Both the position numbers and the translations under genes were made by a program. This document shows, piece after piece, positions 9,734-18,836 of a stretch of 64,000 nucleotides of DNA. Every line of letters starts with the position of its first letter. Position 1 is the stretch's first letter. The notes below the pieces were generated by a model that had not been told where the DNA came from, ran no database searches, and saw only the letters and a program-made list of their open reading frames with translations. The DNA comes from a virus, in the IMG/VR virus record IMGVR_UViG_3300046477_000387, positions 4,358-68,357 of that record. One strand, written 5' to 3'.

Positions 9734-10176
9734 GCCGCAAGACCTGCGTTTTCGTCAGCCGGCACCAGCGTCACGCGCGGGCGCGGCAGCGGGGAGAAGC
9801 GCTGGATCGCGTGTTTGAAGATCACTTCGGTCGTGCCCTTCACGTCCAGCGAGATCGTGTATTTGTCGGTTGCGCGAATCTTTCCCTGCAGCGGCTCCAC
9901 GACGTCGAGCAGGTAGACGCGGATTTCGGCGCCGGATTCGTGCAGCGCCTTCAGGAAGGCTTCGTGACCTTTAGGTGCGGTGGCAGGCTTGGCGCGGGTC
10001 GACGAGCGGCCCAGCGGGGCGCTGGCGCGGCTGGCGGTTGCTTCGTAGTCGCGACGGGTGCCCAGGCGCGGGCGGAAGGTGGGAACCGCGTCGCTCTCAT
10101 CGCGGGCCAGGCGCAAGCCTTCGCGGAGTTGTTCGGCGCGTTCTTGATCGGGATTCATCATGCAGCTCTCCAACAT
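9730..10176 (-). CDS. hfq: Hfq-like Sm-fold RNA chaperone with N-terminal extension
   Basis: EAFLKAL..SGAEIRVYL...LQGKIRATDKYTISL...VIFKHAI matches the Hfq Sm1 and Sm2 ([YF]KHAI) motifs. Confidence 0.82.
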   Translation of the reverse strand: MLESCMMNPDQERAEQLREGLRLARDESDAVPTFRPRLGTRRDYEATASRASAPLGRSSTRAKPATAPKGHEAFLKALHESGAEIRVYLLDVVEPLQGKIRATDKYTISLDVKGTTEVIFKHAIQRFSPLPRPRVTLVPADENAGLAA

Positions 10177-10241
10177 TGGGAAAATGGGTCAGTCGAAACG
10201 TCTTGCAGCGACACACTAAGTATAGTCAGTTTTGACTATCG

Positions 10242-10973
10242 CTAGACGGCAAGCGAGACCGCAGCATCGACGAGTCCCGGTGGAAACTCCCTGAGTGCGG
10301 CCTCGATCCGCAGCACGCCGTAGGTGTAGAGCGCCGCGCTCAGCGAATGCTGCTTGTGGATGCGCTGCCTGATCTGGCCGATGAGGAAGTTCTCATAGGC
10401 GATCTGGTCCGCGTGGCCGAACCAGTTCTTCGCCAGATACCGGTCGTCCTTGCAGATTTGCAGGCTGTTGTGGCACTCCTCTTCCCAGGCCAGGCCCACG
10501 TCGACCAGCAGCTCCTCGTTGGCGTTGATGTGCGAGGGGCGCGGCGCGTGGTGCCAGTTGTGGGCCACCTTCCAGGTCATCGCCTGACGGAGAAAAAATT
10601 CATATCGCATGCCGGCCGCATCTGCCGTTTGCCGCAGTTGCCAGAGCGCCTTGCGTTCTTTCGCGTCCATGAAGTCGTCGGTTGTGCCCTTGAACGGTCG
10701 CATGTATTGACCGCGCACATGATCGAACGTCATGCGCATGAAGTCCTTGTAGGCCCGGTCGTAGCACTTCGCAAACAGGTAGGTCGCCTTCGTCGGGTGC
10801 ATCCGGCGGTAGTCGAACCACTTGGTGCCGAGCAGCTCCGGTTCCTTCTTGAGAATCTTGGCGTCGATGTGCTGGATTGCCTTGATCTCGCAGTGCAGGA
10901 ACGACAGATCATGGCCGTAGAAGTCCCCAAACCATTCCGCGAGCTTGGGTTCAGTGACGTTTGTTTGGGTCAT
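10242..10973 (-). CDS. Hypothetical replication-module protein
   Basis: 243 aa aromatic-rich ORF; likely start MTQTNV at 10973; upstream of hfq-like and helicase genes. Confidence 0.7.
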   Translation of the reverse strand: MTQTNVTEPKLAEWFGDFYGHDLSFLHCEIKAIQHIDAKILKKEPELLGTKWFDYRRMHPTKATYLFAKCYDRAYKDFMRMTFDHVRGQYMRPFKGTTDDFMDAKERKALWQLRQTADAAGMRYEFFLRQAMTWKVAHNWHHAPRPSHINANEELLVDVGLAWEEECHNSLQICKDDRYLAKNWFGHADQIAYENFLIGQIRQRIHKQHSLSAALYTYGVLRIEAALREFPPGLVDAAVSLAV

Positions 10974-10984
10974 CCTTTTCGCCT

Positions 10985-11084
10985 CGAAAATACTTAATAA
11001 GAGATACTTGAATGTAGTTTTATTATTCTTTAATACTGACGGGAACAGCACGGGAGCCCAAGTGGGAGACCAAGTTACCCAAGT
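10985..11084. promoter_or_regulatory. Origin-like locus A (AT-rich tract + ACGGGAA-N4-ACGGGAGCCCAAGT + CCAAGT repeats)
   Basis: AT-rich 10986-11037; motif 11039-11063; CCAAGT occurs three times. Confidence 0.55.
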
Positions 11085-11090
11085 GAGACA

Positions 11091-11118
11091 GCGGCCCCGA
11101 ACGGAGCCGCTTTTCTTC
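11091..11118 (+). terminator. Intrinsic terminator-like hairpin
   Basis: GCGGCCCC-GAAC-GGAGCCGC followed by TTTTCTT on the plus strand; lies just beyond the acb2 stop. Confidence 0.55.
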
Positions 11119-11136
11119 AGCTAATGACCGCGGGCC

Positions 11137-11361
11137 CTAAAAGGTTGTCGGCTGAGCCACACCTCGCACCAGAGCCATGAACCCGGTCTGGAGGTCGGTG
11201 CAGCCCATCGAGACCCAGCGCTGGTCGAGTCCTTCCGCCGCGCGCAGCTTCGCCACCAGCTCGCCGCACTCCGAGGCTTTCGCCTTGATCTCGTTCATGA
11301 GCGCGATTTCTTCCGGCGACAGGTCGCGATACCCCTTGATGTGCTTGTGCTGGTCTTTCAT
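11137..11361 (-). CDS. acb2: Anti-CBASS sponge protein Acb2
   Basis: MKDQHKHIKGYRDLSPEEIALMN..K...RW...G.TDLQTGFMALVR.VAQP..F closely follows the Acb2 family pattern. Confidence 0.9.
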   Translation of the reverse strand: MKDQHKHIKGYRDLSPEEIALMNEIKAKASECGELVAKLRAAEGLDQRWVSMGCTDLQTGFMALVRGVAQPTTF

Positions 11362-11777
11362 GCGGCTTCCTTTTTCAATTGGTGGTCCCGGATCGCCCGC
11401 GCGTCAGCAAGGGCGTTATGAGGTAGATCGGAGACGGCATCGAGATCGCGCCGGATCTCCATCGTCAGCGGCGGCGTATTCAGGCGCATGCCCGGCCCCG
11501 TAATCAGTGCGTTGCAGAAATGCGCAATATCCTCGGGCCAGTCTGCGATCAGATGGATCGTGTCGTAGCGGGCGAGGAACTGCTGCAGCCGCGTCTGGAA
11601 CAGGTTGAGCGACACCGGGCGCAGTCCAATGATCGGCATCACGTTCTTCGCCACCCAGGGGCCGGGGTTTTCGCAGCCGAGCGACTCGTAGAACTCGTGA
11701 CCGTTCTCGGCCACGAGCGCCATCGAGATCAGCGCGCCCTTGAACTCGTTGAACTCCGTGTCGATCCAGACTCTCAT
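11358..11777 (-). CDS. DEDDh 3'-5' exonuclease
   Basis: WIDTEF...ISMALV and HNALADA motifs. Confidence 0.8.
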   Translation of the reverse strand: MRVWIDTEFNEFKGALISMALVAENGHEFYESLGCENPGPWVAKNVMPIIGLRPVSLNLFQTRLQQFLARYDTIHLIADWPEDIAHFCNALITGPGMRLNTPPLTMEIRRDLDAVSDLPHNALADARAIRDHQLKKEAA

Positions 11778-12532
11778 GCGGCTTCCTTTTCGTAGCTTGC
11801 GACGATTTCGGCGACCAGCCCGGAACGGACGATGTCAGCCTTGGTGAATTGCACGTGACCCACTGCCGGAATCCAGGTCACGCGCTTGACTGCATCCTCG
11901 AGCCCGGAAGGCCCATGAATGTCCTTCTGCGCGATATCGCCGTTGACGACGACCTTGCAGTCCTCGCCGATGCGGGTCAGGAACATCTTCATCTGGACCG
12001 GCGTCGTGTTTTGTGCCTCGTCGAGGATGACGAATGCCCGGCGGAAGGTGCGGCCGCGCATGTAGGCAAGCGGTGCCGCTTCGATATTACCCATGCGCAG
12101 GTGATATTCGTAGGCGCCGGTGCCGAGGCGTTCGATGAAAATCTCCCGCAGCGGCGCAATGTAAGGGTCGAACTTCTCGTCCAGCTCGCCTGGCAGGAAG
12201 CCCAGGTTCTCGCCCGCCTCCACCGCCGGTCGCGTCACAATGATCTTGTCGATCCGCTTCTCACGCAGGGCATCTGCAGCAAGGGACGCGCACAGATAGC
12301 TTTTGCCGGTGCCGGCCGGGCCGGTTGCAAAGGTGAGCGTCTTGCCCTTGATGGACGCGATGTAGCGCCCCTGAGCGCTCGTCTGAGCTTCGATCGGCTC
12401 GAAGTTCGGGCGCACGATCTTGCGCTGCTCATGTTCCGCTGCGGCGTTGTGAAGTGCGGCGTGATCCTCATTACGCCGACGGTCGGCACGTTGCTTCTGG
12501 CGGGTCTGGTGTTGCTGCTTCTGGCGGGGCAT
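11774..12532 (-). CDS. phoH: PhoH family ATPase
   Basis: GPAGTGKS, TRPAVEAGENLGFLPG, YMRGRTF, ILDEAQN, LTRIG. Confidence 0.95.
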   Translation of the reverse strand: MPRQKQQHQTRQKQRADRRRNEDHAALHNAAAEHEQRKIVRPNFEPIEAQTSAQGRYIASIKGKTLTFATGPAGTGKSYLCASLAADALREKRIDKIIVTRPAVEAGENLGFLPGELDEKFDPYIAPLREIFIERLGTGAYEYHLRMGNIEAAPLAYMRGRTFRRAFVILDEAQNTTPVQMKMFLTRIGEDCKVVVNGDIAQKDIHGPSGLEDAVKRVTWIPAVGHVQFTKADIVRSGLVAEIVASYEKEAA

Positions 12533-12607
12533 GAGGGCGTCCTAGGGATGGCTAAGAGCCCTCATCATAAGTCAGTTTTGACTGTGTTTCTATAAGCGAG
12601 CGACGAT

Positions 12608-13909
12608 TTAGTGGATCAGCGCCTTGACCACCGAGTGATCCACTTCAGCCAGGTTCCGGTGATACCACTTGCCGCCCGAGACCGCGAAGTCCGTCACCGC
12701 CACGTAGTCGAAGTTGGTCGAGCGGGTCTCGGTATCCACATTGACGAGCGCGAAGCCATTGTGCCAGCGCTCACCCTCGCAGTAGGAGGCGCTGCGCCGG
12801 TGGCCACTGCCGAGCTGGTGCCATTCGTAGGCGCCGTAGATCGGGCTGAAGTGGCTCCAGACCTGGTGCTTGTGATGATGCCCGTTCACGCCCGGCAGAC
12901 CCATGTTGCGGGCGTGCGGAAAGTGGTGGCACAGCACCGTGTCGAAGTAGACCTTGTAGTTGTTGCCGAGCTCCTTCTCGAAGTCGCGCTTCGTGAAGGC
13001 GGCCAGATCCGCCTTGGCGATGTAGTTGATCTCATACCGATCTAGCCCCAGCAGCTTGCTCACGGTCATCCCGTGCAGGTCCGAGAGCACTGAGCGCAGT
13101 GCCGGCGTCGCGTCGGCCATGTGCCGCAGCAGGCGTGCTTCGTGGTTGCCTTCGATGAAGTCCATCTGGGCGTTGGGGCAAGCCTTGCGCATCGGCGCAA
13201 AGATATGGTCGAGCACAAAGCGAATCCGGCCCGTCACGTCCCACTCACGCGGGTCGACGCCATACTTCCCGAATTCTGGAAGATCGTAGCAATCCCCATT
13301 GAAGACGATCACGTCCGGCTGCACCCGTTTGGCGGTGTCGATCAGCACGCGCAGGTAGAACAGGTCGATCTCCTTGTCGTGCAGGTCCGAGCACACGAGG
13401 ATCGTCTTGAAGCGGTTGCTGTTGGCGCGCACGTAGCGCTCGGCCCAATCCCGTCGGTCCACGTTCAGGCGCCGGTAGTGGTCGACCGAGACGTGCTTGG
13501 CGACGTTGCGTTCATGCTGGTGCTGCTGGCGCGACAGCTCGAGCTGGGCCTGGCGCCGGAACTCGTGGAAGCTGCCGAAATGCTGGTTCCATGCGCTCTC
13601 GGCAAGCGGACCCTCGCGGCGGAACCTGTCGCGCGTGACCTGACACTCCGGGTTGAGCAGCGCGAACGTGCGCAGCGCTTCGATGCACTCCTCGGCCGTC
13701 GCTTCGGTGATCCGGCTCACGTTCTCGGACAGGGGCAGCTCGACGCCGTTACGGTTGACGATCTTGCCCGCGTATTCCTTCGTGCGCCGCAGCGCGACCG
13801 CCCTGTTCTTCACCGTCTGCACCGAGAGGCCAAGCTCCCTCGCGACGTCCTGCATGGTGGGGTAGTTCTTCCTGTCGTTGAACGTGCGAGCGAATTGGTC
13901 GTTGAGCAT
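12608..13909 (-). CDS. Calcineurin-like metallophosphoesterase with N-terminal HTH
   Basis: SDLH, NGDCYD, GNHE, GHHH; N-terminal TMQDVARELGLSVQTVK. Confidence 0.85.
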   Translation of the reverse strand: MLNDQFARTFNDRKNYPTMQDVARELGLSVQTVKNRAVALRRTKEYAGKIVNRNGVELPLSENVSRITEATAEECIEALRTFALLNPECQVTRDRFRREGPLAESAWNQHFGSFHEFRRQAQLELSRQQHQHERNVAKHVSVDHYRRLNVDRRDWAERYVRANSNRFKTILVCSDLHDKEIDLFYLRVLIDTAKRVQPDVIVFNGDCYDLPEFGKYGVDPREWDVTGRIRFVLDHIFAPMRKACPNAQMDFIEGNHEARLLRHMADATPALRSVLSDLHGMTVSKLLGLDRYEINYIAKADLAAFTKRDFEKELGNNYKVYFDTVLCHHFPHARNMGLPGVNGHHHKHQVWSHFSPIYGAYEWHQLGSGHRRSASYCEGERWHNGFALVNVDTETRSTNFDYVAVTDFAVSGGKWYHRNLAEVDHSVVKALIH

Positions 13910-13969
13910 TCGATCTTCCTGGAGCGGATGGTGAAACGGCCCATCACTGGGCCGGTTGTAAAGGCGGGA

Positions 13970-14278
13970 CTACTGCTGGGCCTGGCCGTCGAGCACCGAC
14001 TGCACCCAGTCCACGAGCGCGTCGTGGTAGGTCGCAAGCGCGTGATACATGCCGACGATCTCGAGGTCGCTGTCCACGAACTCAGTGACTGTCGGGACGC
14101 GGTCCTCGGGCAGCAGCGGGAGCGCCTGCGACTTCTGCATCGCTGACGCCGGCGGGAGCAACAGCGATTCCCTTACGGGCGGCGTTGAGCAGCCGCACAG
14201 TATCGAGATCGAAAGGCATAGGCTGATCGCCAGCAGAGAGGCTCTGGACTTCACTTGCGGCGGCTTCAGAAGTGGCAT
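13970..14278 (-). CDS. o-spanin (Rz1-like lipoprotein)
   Basis: Hydrophobic signal with lipobox LCGC, Pro-rich; overlaps the i-spanin gene in another frame. Confidence 0.75.
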   Translation of the reverse strand: MPLLKPPQVKSRASLLAISLCLSISILCGCSTPPVRESLLLPPASAMQKSQALPLLPEDRVPTVTEFVDSDLEIVGMYHALATYHDALVDWVQSVLDGQAQQ

Positions 14279-14543
14279 GGTTGACCTTCGGGGGTTGGGC
14301 GAGCCGCGCGTTGACGGCTTGAGTGACGCTCGCGACCGCAGCCTGTTGCGTATTGGCCTGGGTCTGGATCTGGTTGCTGGCGGCGATCGACTTCGGGATC
14401 TCGGCGGCCGTCGCCTTGATTTCCTTCTGCTCGACCTTGACCTCGGCGGCCACGTTGAACTTGTGCTCGGTGTAGAAGCCCGCGCCGAAGGCGGCCGCGC
14501 AGGCGAGCGCGAGGATGCCGATCCTGGCAAGTAGTGGGTTCAT
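14082..14543 (-). CDS. i-spanin (Rz-like)
   Basis: N-terminal TM helix, coiled coil; downstream of the endolysin. Confidence 0.75.
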   Translation of the reverse strand: MNPLLARIGILALACAAAFGAGFYTEHKFNVAAEVKVEQKEIKATAAEIPKSIAASNQIQTQANTQQAAVASVTQAVNARLAQPPKVNHATSEAAASEVQSLSAGDQPMPFDLDTVRLLNAARKGIAVAPAGVSDAEVAGAPAAARGPRPDSH

Positions 14544-14547
14544 TGCG

Positions 14548-14781
14548 TCACTCCTGTTTTGGCTTGGGCTCGGTGAGCGCCTTGCCGGCGATCGTGACGC
14601 CGGCCGCGGTCAGAAACTCCGTCCACGAGCGCGTCATGACGCCGAAGTCGAAGTTGATGCCCTTGTAGGCGGTCCATCCCGATGCGCCAAGCAGCACGAT
14701 GAATACGAGGAACCACCAGATGCGCAGCGGACAGGGTGTCGCGTTATCGCGCTCGGTGAGGAATCGGGGGAAAAGCGTCAT
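14548..14781 (-). CDS. Holin-like membrane protein
   Basis: 77 aa with two hydrophobic segments between endolysin and spanins. Confidence 0.6.
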   Translation of the reverse strand: MTLFPRFLTERDNATPCPLRIWWFLVFIVLLGASGWTAYKGINFDFGVMTRSWTEFLTAAGVTIAGKALTEPKPKQE

Positions 14782-15308
14782 GCTGGAACTCCCTTGAATT
14801 CGGCCGCTTCGGCAAGCCGCCGGCGCAACAGCCCCGCGATGTGCTGGCCTTTAGCCATGTCCCATTTCTGGAACTCGTCGGCGGCCGCTGCGTGCTTGCC
14901 CGCGTTGAGCAGCCGCAGCATCGTTGAGCCCGCAAAGTTGCCGACGCCCAGGTTGAACACGAAGTCAACCAGCGCGTCGAACTCGGCCTGCATAAGCGGC
15001 GTCGTGACCAGTCGGTTGACGGCGGCCACCGCACCCGCGACGTCAGCGCAGAGTTGAGCGTCTGCCTGGTTCTGCGTCCATGCGACGCCGTAGCGGACCT
15101 CGGGGCCGGTGTGTCCGACGCCGATCGTCCAGGGTGCGCCCGAGAGCTTGAGCAGCGCCGACGCAATCACGCCCGTATTCAGTGCGCTCTGCCACATGCC
15201 GAGACGCTGCAGTTCTTTTGCAAGCGGGGATGCGGGGTCGGGATAGGCGTGCAGATAGCAGCCTTCGAAGTGTTCGGTCAGAGCAAGGCCGGTCTTGGAA
15301 TATTGCAT
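14778..15308 (-). CDS. Endolysin, GH24 phage lysozyme
   Basis: FEG....Y.D, WTIGVGHT, FDALVDFVFNLG, GLLRRR.AE; ~30-aa insertion between the D and T motifs. Confidence 0.92.
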   Translation of the reverse strand: MQYSKTGLALTEHFEGCYLHAYPDPASPLAKELQRLGMWQSALNTGVIASALLKLSGAPWTIGVGHTGPEVRYGVAWTQNQADAQLCADVAGAVAAVNRLVTTPLMQAEFDALVDFVFNLGVGNFAGSTMLRLLNAGKHAAAADEFQKWDMAKGQHIAGLLRRRLAEAAEFKGVPA

Positions 15309-15328
15309 AGTCAGTTTTGACTACTCCG

Positions 15329-15676
15329 TCAGACAAACTGATGAACCAGCTTCGCGCCGATAGCAAGCACGCCCGCGCCGATGATCGTCCAGACAACCTT
15401 GATCGTGCGCTTGACACCCTCGGCCATCGCTTCGTGCTTGATGTTGGATTTTTCGAGTTCGGCGGTTTTCTTCACGGCGTCGTCGAGCTGGAGCTCAAGA
15501 CGGTCCACGCGCCGCTGCGTGGTCAGGTGTCGTTCTTCGATGACGGCCAGCTTGACGAGTGCGTCAGCGACCTTGGTCATGCTTGTGCGGATTTCGCGGA
15601 CGTCTTCCTGCACGTCGTTGATCTGGCTTTCAAGAGCAGCGAATTCGGACACGCGGGCCTCGTTTTCTTCGTTCAT
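15329..15676 (-). CDS. Coiled-coil protein with C-terminal TM (holin/antiholin-like)
   Basis: Heptad repeats, C-terminal hydrophobic helix, position upstream of the endolysin. Confidence 0.6.
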   Translation of the reverse strand: MNEENEARVSEFAALESQINDVQEDVREIRTSMTKVADALVKLAVIEERHLTTQRRVDRLELQLDDAVKKTAELEKSNIKHEAMAEGVKRTIKVVWTIIGAGVLAIGAKLVHQFV

Positions 15677-15789
15677 ACCGATTTCCTTCGTCGCTCTCTT
15701 GCAAAGGTCCAGCCAGGATGATAGGCCAAAATGAAAACAGCGGCAAGTCAGTTTTGACTGTCACCACCGTGGGTGGAAGATCGGACTGG

Positions 15790-16107
15790 TTAGGCTACGA
15801 TCGTGCCGCCTGAAAAGAGATAACGGTTTCTACCTGCGCCGCTTATATCCGCTGGCGCCGCGACAACCAGTGCGGCTTCAACGAAGTCGAGCGGCTCCTG
15901 CCCCTTGTCGGGCAGTCCATCAAGCGGAACCGGGATCATTTCAAAGGATGCAGGCTGCTTGCCGGCGACATGCGCCTCTGCGGACACGTAGCTCATGACC
16001 ACCGCCGAAGTTGCCTTTGCCACATAGTCAAGGTTGATGCTTCGGACGATGTGATAGCTGGCTTCGCCGCCGGTCGCTTCGAGGGTGAGGGTCTTGTTGA
16101 TAGGCAT
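15790..16107 (-). CDS. Hypothetical tail-region protein
   Basis: 105 aa ORF with AAGGA RBS at the end of the fibre operon. Confidence 0.6.
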   Translation of the reverse strand: MPINKTLTLEATGGEASYHIVRSINLDYVAKATSAVVMSYVSAEAHVAGKQPASFEMIPVPLDGLPDKGQEPLDFVEAALVVAAPADISGAGRNRYLFSGGTIVA

Positions 16108-16117
16108 GACATGTCCT

Positions 16118-16381
16118 TTAGTCTGCGCGGCTGCCCGCGTCGGTTTCGATACTGATCTGACAGTGCCCCGGCTGAATCCAGTTCAGCACACCGCATATGA
16201 CCTTGCAGCCCTTGCATGAGCCATCGCGCACGTTCTTGCCGAACACCGACGAGAGCGTCTCGGTAGGGTCGCCGAAGCGCGCGGCTGGCTCAGGACGCAG
16301 GACCAGGTTCAGCAGCGGCCCGAGAGCCGTGTTGGTGCCCTGGTCCAGAATCAGCAGCAGATTCCAGAAATAGCGGCTCAT
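16118..16381 (-). CDS. Hypothetical phage protein
   Basis: N.L..LDQ..N...G.P.ETLSS...C..L......HC pattern typical of small tail-adjacent genes. Confidence 0.6.
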   Translation of the reverse strand: MSRYFWNLLLILDQGTNTALGPLLNLVLRPEPAARFGDPTETLSSVFGKNVRDGSCKGCKVICGVLNWIQPGHCQISIETDAGSRAD

Positions 16382-16932
16382 CATGCCGGCCACGTAAGAC
16401 TCGGCAGTTCGGGCTCGATATCCGCATACCCGGTCGGCGTCGCGCGCGTGCCCGCTGTCACCTCCGCCAGGATCGAATACAGCGTGTTCCATGTCGTGTC
16501 GCGTGCTGACACCGCATAGTTGCCCTCCTTTGCAAACTGGGGAACCGATGACGGTGCGTAAGTGCAGGCACTCAGGATGCCGTCATAGTTGCGCGTCTTG
16601 GCGAAGTCATCCAGACGCTGCTGGGTCTGCTGGATCACGGAGCTTTTCAGCTGCTCCTGCGCGAGCGCTTGAGCGGCTGCGATCTGGTCTGCCGTCATGT
16701 CGGTCACGACCCACGCCGTCACCCAGTTGCCCCCAGCGTCCTGCGTCACGCCATTGCGCGCAACCGTCTGCGTGGCAGTGATGGTCGGAGCTGGTGCTTC
16801 GAGAACCGGATCAGCGCCCGCAAATTCGAGCGCATCGGCCGTCAATGGCGACGGCAGCACACTATCCGGATGCGCCGCGCGCAGTTCCGCTTCAGATACG
16901 ACTGCGCCAGTGGCGCGGATTCTGTATTCCAT
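16381..16932 (-). CDS. Tail fibre assembly-like protein
   Basis: Follows the fibre genes; LDDFAKTRNYDGILSACTY and C-terminal ELP.L.WP. Confidence 0.65.
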   Translation of the reverse strand: MEYRIRATGAVVSEAELRAAHPDSVLPSPLTADALEFAGADPVLEAPAPTITATQTVARNGVTQDAGGNWVTAWVVTDMTADQIAAAQALAQEQLKSSVIQQTQQRLDDFAKTRNYDGILSACTYAPSSVPQFAKEGNYAVSARDTTWNTLYSILAEVTAGTRATPTGYADIEPELPSLTWPA

Positions 16933-16940
16933 GATGGTCC

Positions 16941-18836
16941 CTATGCGATGGCGAGAAATGCGTAAGTCGCACCCACAGCGTTGACTGCAGTGTTGGCTGT
17001 TGAGGCGATTCCAAACCCGACCGACTGCGGCGCAAGAAAGTCAATAGTCGTCGCTTCGGCTTGCGTCGTGTCAATAAGTAAGGTCGGATCGTTTCCGACA
17101 ACGATCCCTCTTACAGAATCGAATACAAGCCAGTGGTCTGTGGTCGCATCCGTTCTATGTATCAGGACAAACCGTGCGCCGTTCGTGAAGCCGCAGTTGA
17201 TCGTCTGTGCTGCACCCGTCCCAATGTAATTGCCGATTTTCGACACACCGGCAAGTTCACCGAACAGGTAGGCGACGTAATTGTCACCCGACGTGTTGGT
17301 CTTGGCATCCGAGCCAACGGTGAAGTTGGCCGCTGTCGGCGCGGTGTTATTAAGATAGGCGGTGTTCGCTGCAGCGCCAGCCTGCGAATCAAGCAAGAGG
17401 ATCTGTCCAGCTCCAAGCGGCTGGTGATACACCGCCCAATCATTCGCCGTCGTCCGATCCTTGATCCACATCATCTTCGGCGCGACGCCGAGGTTATGCG
17501 CGAGCGTGTGGTTCGCTCCGGTGCCCGTGTAGCAGACGGTGTCGAAGAAGCCGGGGGCACGAGCGAAAAGCCAAAGCATTTCCGATGCAGAACTACCGTT
17601 GAGTGTTGTGTTCTGATTCGCCCCAAGAGAAACTCCGTTGGGGTCAAAAGAAACGACATCTGTGGTTGCAGCACTTTGACCCTGATCGGCAACATTTAGA
17701 CTTGGACACAGCGCTACTGATCGGCCTCGCAATTTGTCAACAACGTAGGAGTTACTCCCCGTTCGCACTTGCCCCATCACCAAATCCGGCGCAAACCCCA
17801 CGCCCGTCACCGTAGCAGCCGCTCCCGTTCCCGTTCGCGCAATCGCGTTATACACACTCGCCCCGCTCGTCGGCGTGCGCATCGGGCCGCGTCGGATGGC
17901 GAGGTAGATGAAGGTGTTGCTTGGAGAAAGGAGACCACCTAATACCTGGAACCCTGTAGCAGTAGGGTGCAGAAGGTCGCTCGACAATGAATTTTCCGAA
18001 CCGCTACTGTCGGCGAATAGACGAGGAACTGCGCTGTAATTGAATCCCCGGCTTGAGTCGAGCAGAGCCCAGTTGGTGACGGCAGACGCTCCTTTATAAA
18101 ACAGGAACTGCGGCTCCCATCCCAGATTCACCGTCGCATTGCCGCTTCCGTCCGTCGTGAACGCCCCACACTGCACGATCCCATTGACAGTATCCGGGTC
18201 ATGCGCCCACGCGTAGGCGACATAGGTCGCGTTCAGGATGTTCGCGTTGCCCGACACAGAGAACGTCGTCGCGCTCGCTGCCGTGATCTGCGTGAACGAG
18301 CCGGTCTGCGCCGCGGTCGTGTCGAGATACAGGTCGCCCGTTGCCGAGCGGTGCCATACGGCCCAATCGCCGTTTGCGTCACGCCGTTTCGCAGTCACCA
18401 TGCCGGGTGCGATGCCAAGCGCGTGCGGAATCTGCCGGTTGCTCGTGCCGTCTCCGGTCCAGGTGATGATGTCGAAGAAACGGGCGGATTTTCTGAATGT
18501 CCATGAGGCGAGGCTTTCAGCTGAGCCATTCGCTCCAGAGAAGGAGGCAAGAGAAAACCCATTACTATTGAACGAAGTTACATACGACCCTGGACCCTCG
18601 CTGAAGTTGTTTTGCGTGGCTAAAACGTTAGCCACGCCTCGCGTCGAGTCCTGCAGTAGATGTCCATAACTTGCGCTGGCTCGGTCTTTTATCCAAACCA
18701 TGCCGCCCTTCGTCAGATCGACCCCATTGGTGATCGTCTGCGTCGAGCCATTGCCGACATATGGATACGCCGAAAAAACATCCTCGACATACAGTTTGCC
18801 CTGCCCCGCAGCGGCCAAAAGTGCGCGATGGCTCAT
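16941..18836 (-). CDS. Tail fibre / virion beta-repeat protein
   Basis: Repeated [YW].G.G....I..G..P..V..K.R modules; Gly/Thr/Ser-rich; two homologous halves. Confidence 0.75.
   Translation of the reverse strand: MSHRALLAAAGQGKLYVEDVFSAYPYVGNGSTQTITNGVDLTKGGMVWIKDRASASYGHLLQDSTRGVANVLATQNNFSEGPGSYVTSFNSNGFSLASFSGANGSAESLASWTFRKSARFFDIITWTGDGTSNRQIPHALGIAPGMVTAKRRDANGDWAVWHRSATGDLYLDTTAAQTGSFTQITAASATTFSVSGNANILNATYVAYAWAHDPDTVNGIVQCGAFTTDGSGNATVNLGWEPQFLFYKGASAVTNWALLDSSRGFNYSAVPRLFADSSGSENSLSSDLLHPTATGFQVLGGLLSPSNTFIYLAIRRGPMRTPTSGASVYNAIARTGTGAAATVTGVGFAPDLVMGQVRTGSNSYVVDKLRGRSVALCPSLNVADQGQSAATTDVVSFDPNGVSLGANQNTTLNGSSASEMLWLFARAPGFFDTVCYTGTGANHTLAHNLGVAPKMMWIKDRTTANDWAVYHQPLGAGQILLLDSQAGAAANTAYLNNTAPTAANFTVGSDAKTNTSGDNYVAYLFGELAGVSKIGNYIGTGAAQTINCGFTNGARFVLIHRTDATTDHWLVFDSVRGIVVGNDPTLLIDTTQAEATTIDFLAPQSVGFGIASTANTAVNAVGATYAFLAIA

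Noticed and set aside
10974-11051. N-terminal ORF extensions through AT-rich tracts (also 45256-45444 and 59390-59554)
   Set aside because: They cross the conserved non-coding motif loci; downstream ATGs are more plausible starts
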